DNA from: Gammaproteobacteria bacterium
GTDB lineage: Bacteria; Pseudomonadota; Gammaproteobacteria; Chromatiales; Chromatiaceae
NCBI GenBank assembly: GCA_037385685.1
Contig: JARRMW010000016.1
Span: 166 to 64,165 of the forward strand
Direction: 5' to 3'
DNA: 64,000 bases
A model generated the notes under the pieces. It was not told where the DNA came from. It saw nothing but the letters and a program-made list of their open reading frames with translations, and searched no databases. The position numbers and the translations under genes are program-made. Positions 11,053 through 20,276 of the stretch are shown in pieces (position 1 is the first letter of the stretch; each line of letters begins with the position of its first letter).

Positions 11053-12060
11053 TCAAATGCCCCCCTGCTCCATGAGCTGCAGCGCAGGTCGAACGCGGAC
11101 AGTGATGAACTCAGCCAGGCCTGAAAACTCCGGATAGCGCTCTGCCATCTCGACGATGTAATCAAGCACCAGGGGAATGTCTGCGAGGTAACCGTCTTTA
11201 CCGTCACGGCGGTAAAGACGTGCAAAAATCCCTGCAACCTTGATATGACGCTGGAGTCCCATGAGATCGAACCAGCGCTGGAATTGCTGTTGCTGCGCCT
11301 CAGTGATCAGCCCGGATTGCAACGCCAGCTCCGCATATTCCGCAACCCACCGGTCGACCTGCTCCAGTGGCCAGCGTATGTAGGCATCCTTGAACAGGGA
11401 AACAAGGTCATAGGTGATCGGCCCTCTGACTGCATCCTGGAAGTCGATGATTCCAGGCGAATTTGAATCAGTCAGCATCAGATTGCGCGAGTGATAATCC
11501 CGGTGTACGAAAAGTTGCGGCTGCTCAAGTGCATTCTCCACGAGGCGCGTGAAGATGGCCTCGAGCATGGCATTTTCCTGCACATCCAGTTCAAGCCCGA
11601 GATGCCTGCCACAGAGCCATTCACGGAATAACTCCATTTCGAAACGCAGCAACGTCTCGTCATAAGGCGGCAACCCATCCGAAGGCGCTGAGGCCTGAAA
11701 GGCTATCAACGCAGCCATGGCATCACCATACAGCCTCGCTGCAGAATCCTGATCGAGCCGGTCGAGGTACTGGATATCCCCGAGATCTTCGAGCAGCAGA
11801 AAGCCCTGTTCCAGATCCTGCGCATGGATGTGCGGGACATGCACACCCGCCGTCTCGAGCCTGCCGGTGACATCGACAAACGGATGGCAATCCTCGTGTT
11901 CCGGAGGCGCGTCCATGACAACCCGGGTAACACCATCAGCAGTGGCAACGCGATAATAACGCCTGAAACTGGCGTCACCAGCGACCTGTTCCAGGCTATC
12001 CGGCCGGAGGCCGGGCTGGTCAGAGAGCCATGTAACAAGTTGCTCTAATCTGTCTGTCAT
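11053..12060 (-). CDS. amgK: Aminoglycoside-phosphotransferase-fold kinase, AmgK-like (N-acetylmuramate/GlcNAc kinase)
   Basis: MTDRLEQLVTWL...GDASFRRYYRV...VHRDYHSRNLM...IDFQDA kinase motifs. Divergent from lptD as in Pseudomonas. The track ORF (to 12492) is an N-terminal over-extension that runs into lptD. Confidence 0.65.
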   Translation of the reverse strand: MTDRLEQLVTWLSDQPGLRPDSLEQVAGDASFRRYYRVATADGVTRVVMDAPPEHEDCHPFVDVTGRLETAGVHVPHIHAQDLEQGFLLLEDLGDIQYLDRLDQDSAARLYGDAMAALIAFQASAPSDGLPPYDETLLRFEMELFREWLCGRHLGLELDVQENAMLEAIFTRLVENALEQPQLFVHRDYHSRNLMLTDSNSPGIIDFQDAVRGPITYDLVSLFKDAYIRWPLEQVDRWVAEYAELALQSGLITEAQQQQFQRWFDLMGLQRHIKVAGIFARLYRRDGKDGYLADIPLVLDYIVEMAERYPEFSGLAEFITVRVRPALQLMEQGGI

Positions 12061-12247
12061 GGTGAAACGGGGCCGACATGGAGTAAACAACCCGAAATTA
12101 TAGCCCGAGTGACAGCTAGCCTGTCCGGTCCTTCTCTCAACCTTCTGCACCTGTGGGATCGGGATCATTAGCTGGTACAATTCCGCACACGGCGGGTGGG
12201 GGACCGGTCGCCGAGAACCGCTACCTGACGCTCGGCCCGGACACTGC

Positions 12248-14473
12248 GTGAACAAAAAGAGAAAAAGCCTCCTGACACTGCTGATGCTGCTGCCGCTTGC
12301 CGCGGAACCCCGGGAAGCGGAAGGTATCACGCCTTCCTGCATGGCAAGGCCAGTGGACGACGCTCCAGCGCTCGATCTTTCCGACAGGGTCAGGATCGCG
12401 GCTGACAGTGGAGAAGTGTTACTCACCAAAGAGCTGATCATTCTCGATGGTGACGTGGAAATTACCAACGGCGCCCAGTCACTGCGTGCCAACGAAGTGC
12501 GCTACGATATGAAAAGCCGCAGCGCTACTGCCGCGGGAGACGTCATCATGGCCCAACCGGGATTCGAGGTTCGAAGCCGGCAAGCGGCCTATGACATGAC
12601 CAGTCAAACCGCTGAACTCGAGCAAGTCAGCTACAAGATTATCGAACACGGGGGCCAGGGAACAGCGGAACGCGCGACCCTGCGTCGCACAGGCGCCTCC
12701 TCTTTCCAGGAAATCAGCTACAGCACATGCCCGCCAGAGAAGGAAGACTGGAAGATATCAGCCAAGCGTATCGAGATTGACCGCGAGAAGGGCACCGGCA
12801 CAGCCGAGGATGCCCGCATGCAGATCAGGGGGGCAACAATCTTCAAGGTCCCGCGCTTCATGTTCCCGATCGACGATCGCAGGATGAGCGGCATCCTGGT
12901 GCCACGACTTGGCTACTCCACGACTCGCGGCCTGGATATTGTCGTTCCCTACTATTTCAATCTTGCACCCAACTATGATGCCACCCTCTACCCGCGTATC
13001 ACGGCAAGGCGCGGTATTGCGCTGGGAGCCGAGTTTCGGTACCTGACCGAAAAACACGCGGGCCAGATATTCGGTGAGATCTTTCCGGATGATCCGGAAA
13101 AACCGCAAGGCGAGAACACGCGCTATGTCTTTGGCTATGACCACGTATCGCGTTTCAACTCCCACCTCAAGGGCGCCATCAACTATGACTATGTGTCGGA
13201 TGACACCTATCTGGAGGACTTCGGCAGTCCGCTGGCGGTCTCCAGTAGCCGTTATGCTGTACAAAGCGCCGAACTCGCCTACGAGGAAGACTACTGGAAC
13301 AGCTATCTGCGCGTTCAGAGACTGCAGGTCATCGACCAGGAAACCGAACCGGCGTATGAACTCATGCCCCAGCTTGGAGCTCACTGGTATCGCCACTACG
13401 AAAACGGACTGATCACACGGCTCGATGCCGAACTGTCGAATTTCGACAAGGAGAATGCCGTCACTGGTGCCCGGTTCGATGTGCGCCCCGCTATCGGCAC
13501 AGGCTTCCTGAGTTCCCGGGGGCATTTCAGGACCATGCTCAGCGGCAGATACACCAGCTACGAGCTGCAGGACACTGCTCCGGGAGACCCAACCAGCATC
13601 ACACGCTCTCTCTACACCGCTTCTGTCGATGCAGGCCTCTTTTACGAACGCAGGCTCGACTGGTCCGGGAGCAGCGGATACCAGACACTGGAACCCCGCA
13701 TTTTCTATCTCTACACACCCTACAGGGACCAGTCTGACATTCCCGCGTTTGATACCAAGCTTGCCGATTTCACCTTCGCCAACTTCTTTCGCGAGAATCG
13801 TTTCACGGGCGCCGACCGTGTCGGGGACGCAAACCAGCTGGCACTCGCGGTCACCTCACGGTTCATTCAGGACGGCAGCCAGAAAGAATGGTTCAGGGCC
13901 AGCATCGGGCAGATATTCTATTTCGACGATCGGCTGGTTCAGCTCGATGACCCGGATACCAGCCAGCCATTGCCAACGGAAACGGGTGAGTACGGCGCCT
14001 TCGTTGCCGAGGTCTACGCGCAGCTCAACGAGATCTGGTCAACAGAATCCGTCGTTGAATGGGATTTCGAACAGGACAGGCTGTACAAGGGACTCATGCG
14101 TGTCAGCTACCACGATACAGAGGCCGACCGCTTCCTGAGCATTGGCTACAAGAAAGACATTAACCAGCTAGCCGAATACACGGATCTCTCCTTCCGTTTT
14201 CCCATCAATGACAAGCTCAAGGCCATCGGGCGCTGGCAGTATTCGCTCGAAGATGACCTGACGCTTGATTTGCTCGCAGGTCTTGAGTACGACACCTGCT
14301 GCTGGGGGCTCCGCGGAATCGTGCAGCGCAATCGCAACAGTACAGGCAATGGCTACGAGACAGACTTTTATTTACAGCTCGTCCTGAAGGGTCTCGGCAA
14401 TTTGGGAAAATCGGACATGAACTCATTCCTGTCACGAAATGTCTACGGCTATAACGGCTTTGATTACTATTAG
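12248..14473 (+). CDS. lptD: LPS-assembly outer membrane protein LptD
   Basis: 741 aa, GTG start, signal peptide. OstA-like N-domain (LILDGDVEITNGAQSLRANEVRYD) followed by a large beta-barrel. Followed by surA-pdxA. Confidence 0.9.
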   Translation: MNKKRKSLLTLLMLLPLAAEPREAEGITPSCMARPVDDAPALDLSDRVRIAADSGEVLLTKELIILDGDVEITNGAQSLRANEVRYDMKSRSATAAGDVIMAQPGFEVRSRQAAYDMTSQTAELEQVSYKIIEHGGQGTAERATLRRTGASSFQEISYSTCPPEKEDWKISAKRIEIDREKGTGTAEDARMQIRGATIFKVPRFMFPIDDRRMSGILVPRLGYSTTRGLDIVVPYYFNLAPNYDATLYPRITARRGIALGAEFRYLTEKHAGQIFGEIFPDDPEKPQGENTRYVFGYDHVSRFNSHLKGAINYDYVSDDTYLEDFGSPLAVSSSRYAVQSAELAYEEDYWNSYLRVQRLQVIDQETEPAYELMPQLGAHWYRHYENGLITRLDAELSNFDKENAVTGARFDVRPAIGTGFLSSRGHFRTMLSGRYTSYELQDTAPGDPTSITRSLYTASVDAGLFYERRLDWSGSSGYQTLEPRIFYLYTPYRDQSDIPAFDTKLADFTFANFFRENRFTGADRVGDANQLALAVTSRFIQDGSQKEWFRASIGQIFYFDDRLVQLDDPDTSQPLPTETGEYGAFVAEVYAQLNEIWSTESVVEWDFEQDRLYKGLMRVSYHDTEADRFLSIGYKKDINQLAEYTDLSFRFPINDKLKAIGRWQYSLEDDLTLDLLAGLEYDTCCWGLRGIVQRNRNSTGNGYETDFYLQLVLKGLGNLGKSDMNSFLSRNVYGYNGFDYY

Positions 14474-14587
14474 GCGAGCAATGCCCGGCAGGGAGACCGC
14501 AATACCTGCTGTACGCTGCCATTCAGGGTATAATTTGCGGCTGACTCACTCGCAGACCACGAAAACCCGCTTGCGCGAGGTTCGGAC

Positions 14588-15544
14588 ATGATGAAACAAC
14601 TGCTCCTCATCCTGACACTCACTCTCGTCACGGCGACGCCCGTTCTCGCAGAAAGACCGATTGACGAGATTGTTGCTGTTGTCGAAAACGATGTCATCTT
14701 GCGTTCAGAGTTCAATCGCGCGCTGCGTTCCTCGCCCCGCCCGCCCGGGATGTCCAGAGAAGCGCATGAAAAACAGGTTCTCGAGGAACTGATCACAAAC
14801 AAGGCTCATGAAATTGCCGCGGTCAACAGCGGGGTCACAGTCAGTGACGAGGAGATCGACGAGGCCGTCCAGATGATCGCGTCACGCAACGATATTACTG
14901 TCGACTTCCTGAAACAGGTGCTGGCGCAGCAGGGCAAAAGCTACCAGGGCTTTCGCGAGGACATCCGCAAACAACTGCTGACACGCAACTTTCATCAGAG
15001 CCAGCTGCGCAACCTGGTCCAGGTCACGGATTCGGAAATCGATAACTACCTGGCGCTCTATGGCAAGAAAGGCCAGGTCACCACCGTGACCCAGACGAAG
15101 GCCAGGCATATCCTGTTACGCCCGGGCGAACGTCTCTCCAATGCATCAGCAGAGGCAAAACTCAACGAATACCGAGAGCGCATTCTTGCCGGCGAGGACT
15201 TCGCATCCCTCGCGCGCGCCTATTCCGATGATACAGCTTCGGCCCTGAAGGGCGGCGAACTCGGCTGGCTCGGTCCGGACCAGGGAACACCCGAATTCCG
15301 ACGCGCCATGAACCGGCTCCAACCCGGTCAAATCAGCAGGCCCTTCAAGAGCGCCTTCGGCTGGCATATCGTCCAGGTCGAGGACCGCCGCAAGCATGAG
15401 AGTGCAGATTCGGCCACGCGTAACGCGGCGCGCGAAGAGATCCAGCAACGCAAGATCGAGGAGAATCTCGACCTCCTGATCCGCCGCTTGCGCCAGCAGG
15501 CTTATGTCGAAGACCGCCTCTACGACGAAAACTACGACTTCTGA
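14588..15544 (+). CDS. surA: Periplasmic chaperone SurA, short form with a single parvulin PPIase domain
   Basis: Signal peptide, SurA N-domain (IVAVVENDVILRSEF), one parvulin domain (ARHILLRP...GGELGWLGP...FGWHIVQVEDRR) and a C-terminal tail. Lies between lptD and pdxA. Confidence 0.85.
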   Translation: MMKQLLLILTLTLVTATPVLAERPIDEIVAVVENDVILRSEFNRALRSSPRPPGMSREAHEKQVLEELITNKAHEIAAVNSGVTVSDEEIDEAVQMIASRNDITVDFLKQVLAQQGKSYQGFREDIRKQLLTRNFHQSQLRNLVQVTDSEIDNYLALYGKKGQVTTVTQTKARHILLRPGERLSNASAEAKLNEYRERILAGEDFASLARAYSDDTASALKGGELGWLGPDQGTPEFRRAMNRLQPGQISRPFKSAFGWHIVQVEDRRKHESADSATRNAAREEIQQRKIEENLDLLIRRLRQQAYVEDRLYDENYDF

Positions 15545-15550
15545 TCCCCG

Positions 15551-16540
15551 ATGAGTCACCGCATTGCGGTCACCAGCGGCGAGCCGGCAGGAATAGGCCC
15601 GGATCTCTGTATCCAGGCCGTCCAGTCACCACCTGCGGCAGAACTTGTCTTTATAGGTGATCCGTCTGTGATGGCCGCGCGTGCAGAGATGCTCGGGCTG
15701 CCACTCTGTCTGAATCTGCTTGATAATCCGGCATCACCGCTGAAGCCAGGATCGCACACCATGAACCTGTTGCCGGTCACTGCACAGGCACCGGCTGTCG
15801 CCGGGCGGCTCGATCCAGCCAACAGCGGCTATGTTCTATCCATACTCGATGCTGCAATCGATGGTTGCCGCAGTCATGTATTCTCGGCCATGGTCACGGC
15901 TCCAGTGCACAAGGGCATTATCAACGATGCAGGCGTCCCCTTTACCGGCCACACGGAATATCTAGCAGAGAAGACCGCAGGTCACCCCCTGATGATGCTC
16001 GCCTGTCCGGGACTGCGCGTAGCACTCGCGACCACCCACTTGCCACTGCGTGATGTTGCCGATGCCATCACAAAAGAGCTGTTGCTGAAAGTCATGCGCA
16101 TCCTGCACCACGATCTGCAGACGAAATTCGGTATTGAGGAACCACGGATCTTCGTCTGCGGACTGAATCCCCATGCTGGCGAGGGCGGCCATCTCGGAAA
16201 CGAGGAAATCACGACAATCTCACCCGTGCTCGAGGCGCTTCGGGAGGAAGGCATCAGCACTATCGGTCCCTTGCCTGCCGATACGCTCTTCACGCCGCGT
16301 TACCTCAAGGAGGCTGATGCGATTCTGGCGATGTACCATGACCAGGGATTACCCGTACTCAAACACATGGGCTTTGGACGGGCTGTCAACATCACGCTCG
16401 GCATTCCGCTAATACGCACTTCGGTCGATCACGGGACGGCGCTGGATCTCGCCGGGACCGGCGAGGCGGACGCAGGCAGCCTGATGGCAGCCATCGAATA
16501 TGCACACAACATGATTCAACAGACAGGACATCACGCATGA
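15551..16540 (+). CDS. pdxA: 4-hydroxythreonine-4-phosphate dehydrogenase PdxA
   Basis: 329 aa. [27 protein letters not shown] and [10 protein letters not shown] motifs. Confidence 0.9.
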   Translation: MSHRIAVTSGEPAGIGPDLCIQAVQSPPAAELVFIGDPSVMAARAEMLGLPLCLNLLDNPASPLKPGSHTMNLLPVTAQAPAVAGRLDPANSGYVLSILDAAIDGCRSHVFSAMVTAPVHKGIINDAGVPFTGHTEYLAEKTAGHPLMMLACPGLRVALATTHLPLRDVADAITKELLLKVMRILHHDLQTKFGIEEPRIFVCGLNPHAGEGGHLGNEEITTISPVLEALREEGISTIGPLPADTLFTPRYLKEADAILAMYHDQGLPVLKHMGFGRAVNITLGIPLIRTSVDHGTALDLAGTGEADAGSLMAAIEYAHNMIQQTGHHA

Positions 16541-16920
16541 GCAGAGAAATCATCAAAACCGACAAGGCTCCCCAGGCGATTGGCACCTACTCCCAGGCAG
16601 TCAAGACCGGGACGACCGTCTACCTCTCAGGACAGATCCCTCTTGTCCCCGAAACGATGGAGATGGTCGAGGGAGACATGGAGGCACAGGTTCGCCGTGT
16701 TTTCGACAACCTGCAGGCCGTCGCACAGGCTGCGGGCGGGTCACTCGACGATATTGCCAAGCTCAATATCTTCCTGACCGATCTTGGCAACTTCGCTCTC
16801 GTCAACACCATCATGGCAGAGTACTTCAACGAGCCTTACCCGGCGCGTGCCGCGATCGGTGTCGCCTCGCTACCACGTGGAGCAGGCGTCGAAATGGACG
16901 CTGTCATGGAGCTGGTATAA
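16537..16920 (+). CDS. ridA: RidA/YjgF-family reactive intermediate deaminase
   Basis: 127 aa. [13 protein letters not shown]...YLSGQIPL...[26 protein letters not shown] overlap with the pdxA stop. Confidence 0.85.
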   Translation: MSREIIKTDKAPQAIGTYSQAVKTGTTVYLSGQIPLVPETMEMVEGDMEAQVRRVFDNLQAVAQAAGGSLDDIAKLNIFLTDLGNFALVNTIMAEYFNEPYPARAAIGVASLPRGAGVEMDAVMELV

Positions 16921-16957
16921 TTTCAGCCCCTGTTCTCACCCAGACCGCGGATAACGC

Positions 16958-18340
16958 ATGAGCGACAAGAAACCCTGGGCCGGCCGCTTCAACGAACCGA
17001 CCGATGCTTTTGTAGAGGCCTTCACGGCCTCCGTGGAATTCGACCAGCGTCTCGCGCCCCAGGATATTGCGGGTTCGATCGCGCATGCAACCATGCTCGC
17101 GAAGCAGGGCATCCTGACCGGGGAAGAGCGCGACACCATCATCGCCGGCCTCGAAACCATTCGCGACCGCATCGCATCGGGCGACTTTCCATGGTCAGTG
17201 CAGCTCGAGGATGTGCACATGAATATCGAGGCGGAGCTGACAGAGCAGATCGGCACTGCCGGCAAGAAGCTGCACACGGGCCGCTCTCGCAACGACCAGG
17301 TGGCAACCGATATCCGACTGTGGCTGCGTGACGAGATCGACCATATCATCGAGGAGATCCGTTGCCTGCAGCAGGCACTGCTGACGCTTGCCGAGCAGGA
17401 AGCCGACACCATACTGCCGGGTTTCACGCACCTGCAGACAGCGCAACCCGTTACCTTCGGACATCACATGATGGCCTGGTTCGAGATGCTCGAGCGCGAT
17501 GCCGGTCGTTTCATTGACTGCCGCGTGCGCATGAACGTCATGCCTCTCGGCGCAGCCGCTCTCGCCGGTACGACCTACCCGATCGATCGCCACTACACCG
17601 CCGAACTGCTCGGCTTCGATGCACCGGCCGAAAATTCGCTCGATGCCGTCTCCGATCGTGACTTTGCCATCGAGTTCTGCTCGGCCGCGAGCATCCTCAT
17701 CATGCACCTGTCACGCTTCTCTGAAGAGCTGATCATCTGGTCGTCGGCACAATTCGCCTTTATCGAACTCTCCGACAGTTTCTGTACCGGTTCCAGCATC
17801 ATGCCGCAAAAGAAAAACCCGGACGTACCGGAACTGATTCGCGGCAAGTCCGGCCGTATCTATGGCCATCTCATGGCACTGCTGACGCTTATGAAATCGC
17901 AGCCGCTTGCCTACAACAAGGACAACCAGGAAGACAAGGAGCCGCTGTTCGACACCGTCGACAATCTGCGTGGCTCACTGAAGATCTTCGCCGACATGAT
18001 CCCGGCGATCAGCTGCCGTCGCGATAACATGCGTACTGCTGCGATGAAGGGATTTGCGACTGCAACAGATCTTGCCGATTACCTTGTCATACGCGGCATC
18101 CCGTTTCGCGATGCTCACGAGATCGTCGGCAAGGCCGTTGCACTTTGCGTCCAGAAGGAGTGCGACCTGTCGGAACTCGCCCTGGATGAGCTGCAACAAT
18201 TCTCCGATACGATTGGCGAGGATGTCTTCGAGATGTTAACGCTCGAAGGATCAGTTGCTGCGCGTGACCATATTGGCGGAACGGCACCCGGGCAGGTTCG
18301 TGCCGCAATTGCACGCGCGAGGAAAAGACTCGACAAGTGA
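16958..18340 (+). CDS. argH: Argininosuccinate lyase
   Basis: 460 aa. PWAGRF..., [13 protein letters not shown] and [12 protein letters not shown] fumarate-lyase signatures. Confidence 0.92.
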   Translation: MSDKKPWAGRFNEPTDAFVEAFTASVEFDQRLAPQDIAGSIAHATMLAKQGILTGEERDTIIAGLETIRDRIASGDFPWSVQLEDVHMNIEAELTEQIGTAGKKLHTGRSRNDQVATDIRLWLRDEIDHIIEEIRCLQQALLTLAEQEADTILPGFTHLQTAQPVTFGHHMMAWFEMLERDAGRFIDCRVRMNVMPLGAAALAGTTYPIDRHYTAELLGFDAPAENSLDAVSDRDFAIEFCSAASILIMHLSRFSEELIIWSSAQFAFIELSDSFCTGSSIMPQKKNPDVPELIRGKSGRIYGHLMALLTLMKSQPLAYNKDNQEDKEPLFDTVDNLRGSLKIFADMIPAISCRRDNMRTAAMKGFATATDLADYLVIRGIPFRDAHEIVGKAVALCVQKECDLSELALDELQQFSDTIGEDVFEMLTLEGSVAARDHIGGTAPGQVRAAIARARKRLDK

Positions 18341-18403
18341 GCACATCGGGCTGACCGGGAAAAAGAAAGCAGGCCCCGCTTGCTACCGTCCGGAGAACGG
18401 CCT

Positions 18404-18778
18404 TCAGGAATCCTTGCGAACCTTCTCCAGCGATTCGATATTGGCACAGAACCCCAGATCGACATCAGGACTGACTGATTCTGACCCCAGGGTCTCATCA
18501 CAGCGCTGCTTGTCGCCGCAGCCATCACATCTCTCCATGTGCGTGCGTATTTCCCTTGCTTGCTGCTGGTGCAGATAGGCGTTTTTATCGATACCGAGAA
18601 AGCCAAGCATTTTCGATAAGCGGAGCGAAGAGAGTTCACTGTTGAGGCGATTACGATAGTCATGGCCGCGAACGAGGTTTCGACCGATCGCGATGGGCAT
18701 CATGACCACGACGCCCATCACAAGCGCAGCCAGAACCAGCGTACCAAGTAGACTGCCAATTTCCATTGGAAACGTCAT
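18404..18778 (-). CDS. Membrane-anchored hypothetical protein with DUF6455-like Cys motif (tentative)
   Basis: Start at MTFPMEIGSLLG with an AAGGTGA RBS and one N-terminal TM. C-terminal part is MLGFLGID...CDGCGDKQRCDETL...FCANIESL. Family assignment from memory only. Confidence 0.5.
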   Translation of the reverse strand: MTFPMEIGSLLGTLVLAALVMGVVVMMPIAIGRNLVRGHDYRNRLNSELSSLRLSKMLGFLGIDKNAYLHQQQAREIRTHMERCDGCGDKQRCDETLGSESVSPDVDLGFCANIESLEKVRKDS

Positions 18779-18981
18779 TCGAATCACCTTTTGAAGAGAA
18801 CTGTAATGATCGGGATTATCCCGGGGTGTCCTGAAAGAGGAATTGATTCCGATCAATCTCCCAAAATATCAATACATCCTGATAGTCTGATTTACCCGGG
18901 CTGAAATCCATGAACAGGGACAGGCGCCTCGACTGATGGCAGAATCAGGTTCATAGCAAAGCCTGGGCAAGAGAATTCCGA

Positions 18982-19818
18982 ATGCAATACACGACCCTCA
19001 TCGACACCCGGTCACTGCATGAGAACCTGGGGGCTGATGACCTTGTCGTGCTTGATTGCCGATTCGACCTCATGCGACCCGATGCGGGAAGGAGGGAGTG
19101 GGAGGCCTCGCATATTCCGGGATCACGCTATGTCCATCTGGACCAGGACCTCTCCGCGCCCGTGATATCCACGGTTGGCCGCCATCCCCTGCCAAATCCG
19201 CACACTTTCGCCAAAACACTTGAAAGCTGGGGTATCGGCAATGAATCCCAGGTCGTTGCCTATGACGCTTCCTGTGGTGCCTATGCCGTCCGACTCTGGT
19301 GGATGATGCGCTGGCTTGGCCATCAACGCGTGGCCGTGCTCGATGGCGGCTGGCAGAAGTGGATCGCCGGGGAATATCCCGTGAATAATGCACTGCCAGT
19401 CGTGGAACCGGAACAGTTCGAGCACCATGCCGACGACAACCTGTGGTTCAGTACGCCTGAAATCAAGTCGAAACTCGCAGACGGTTTCATCATCCTTGTG
19501 GATGCCCGGACCAGTGAACGATTCGAGGGCGAATCCGAACCCATCGACCCTGTAGCCGGACATGTGCCTGGAGCCGTCAATTTTCCGTATCAGAAAAATC
19601 TTGATGATGATGGCTGCTTTCTTCCAGCTGAGACTCTGCGGAAACTCTACTCAGATTTTCTCGGTGAGATCGACTACAGACATGTCGTGCATATGTGCGG
19701 ATCGGGAGTGACTGCGTGCCATAACCTGCTCGCAATGGAACACGCAGGGCTGTCGGGCTCGCGCCTCTACCCCGGAAGCTGGAGTGAGTGGATCCGGACG
19801 GAAAAACCTGCCGGATGA
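18982..19818 (+). CDS. sseA: Tandem-rhodanese sulfurtransferase (3-mercaptopyruvate/thiosulfate sulfurtransferase, SseA-like)
   Basis: 278 aa with two rhodanese domains. Active-site loop is CGSGVTACH. Confidence 0.8.
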   Translation: MQYTTLIDTRSLHENLGADDLVVLDCRFDLMRPDAGRREWEASHIPGSRYVHLDQDLSAPVISTVGRHPLPNPHTFAKTLESWGIGNESQVVAYDASCGAYAVRLWWMMRWLGHQRVAVLDGGWQKWIAGEYPVNNALPVVEPEQFEHHADDNLWFSTPEIKSKLADGFIILVDARTSERFEGESEPIDPVAGHVPGAVNFPYQKNLDDDGCFLPAETLRKLYSDFLGEIDYRHVVHMCGSGVTACHNLLAMEHAGLSGSRLYPGSWSEWIRTEKPAG

Positions 19819-20216
19819 TATCGCTCTGGATCCTGTTCAGTTCCAGCTTCCTTGCATCGACCCTGCTTCCCGGTGGTTCGGAAGCACTCTTCCTCTATAC
19901 CCTGTCCGAAGCACTGCACCCCGTCTGGCTCATCGTGATTGTCGCAACAGTCGGGAATACACTCGGAAGCATGACAAACTGGCTCATTGGCTGGCTCGTC
20001 GCGCGCAAGCGGCCACTCGTCAGAGAGAGCGATAAAAAGGCGCTCGCACGCGTCGAACGTTACGGCAGCCCGATACTCTTGCTGGCATGGCTGCCTGTTG
20101 TTGGAGACCCGCTGTGTCTTGCCGCCGGCTGGGCCGGGGTCCCTCTGTTGCGCGCCACATTCTTCATATCACTCGGGAAGCTCGGGCGTTATCTGGCGCT
20201 CTATGCACTCTGGTAA
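19815..20216 (+). CDS. YqaA-family (DedA-related) inner membrane protein
   Basis: Start MISLWILFSSSFLASTLLPGGSE overlaps the sseA stop (ATGA). PVVGDPLCLAAGW motif. Confidence 0.7.
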   Translation: MISLWILFSSSFLASTLLPGGSEALFLYTLSEALHPVWLIVIVATVGNTLGSMTNWLIGWLVARKRPLVRESDKKALARVERYGSPILLLAWLPVVGDPLCLAAGWAGVPLLRATFFISLGKLGRYLALYALW

Positions 20217-20276
20217 CTGTCGGATCCTGCAGGCTCCAAACGGCTCGCCGGGGAGAGGGTCATGCCTCGAAAAGTA

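Noticed and set aside
12061-12492. N-terminal 144-aa extension of the amgK-like ORF (track ORF 11053..12492)
   Set aside because: The extension is Ser/Arg-rich, overlaps the lptD start on the other strand, and kinase homology begins at MTDRLEQL (12060).
20217-20276. Looked for ccoS downstream of the CcoI-like ATPase
   Set aside because: Only 60 nt separate it from the convergent yqaA-like gene, leaving no room for a ccoS ORF.
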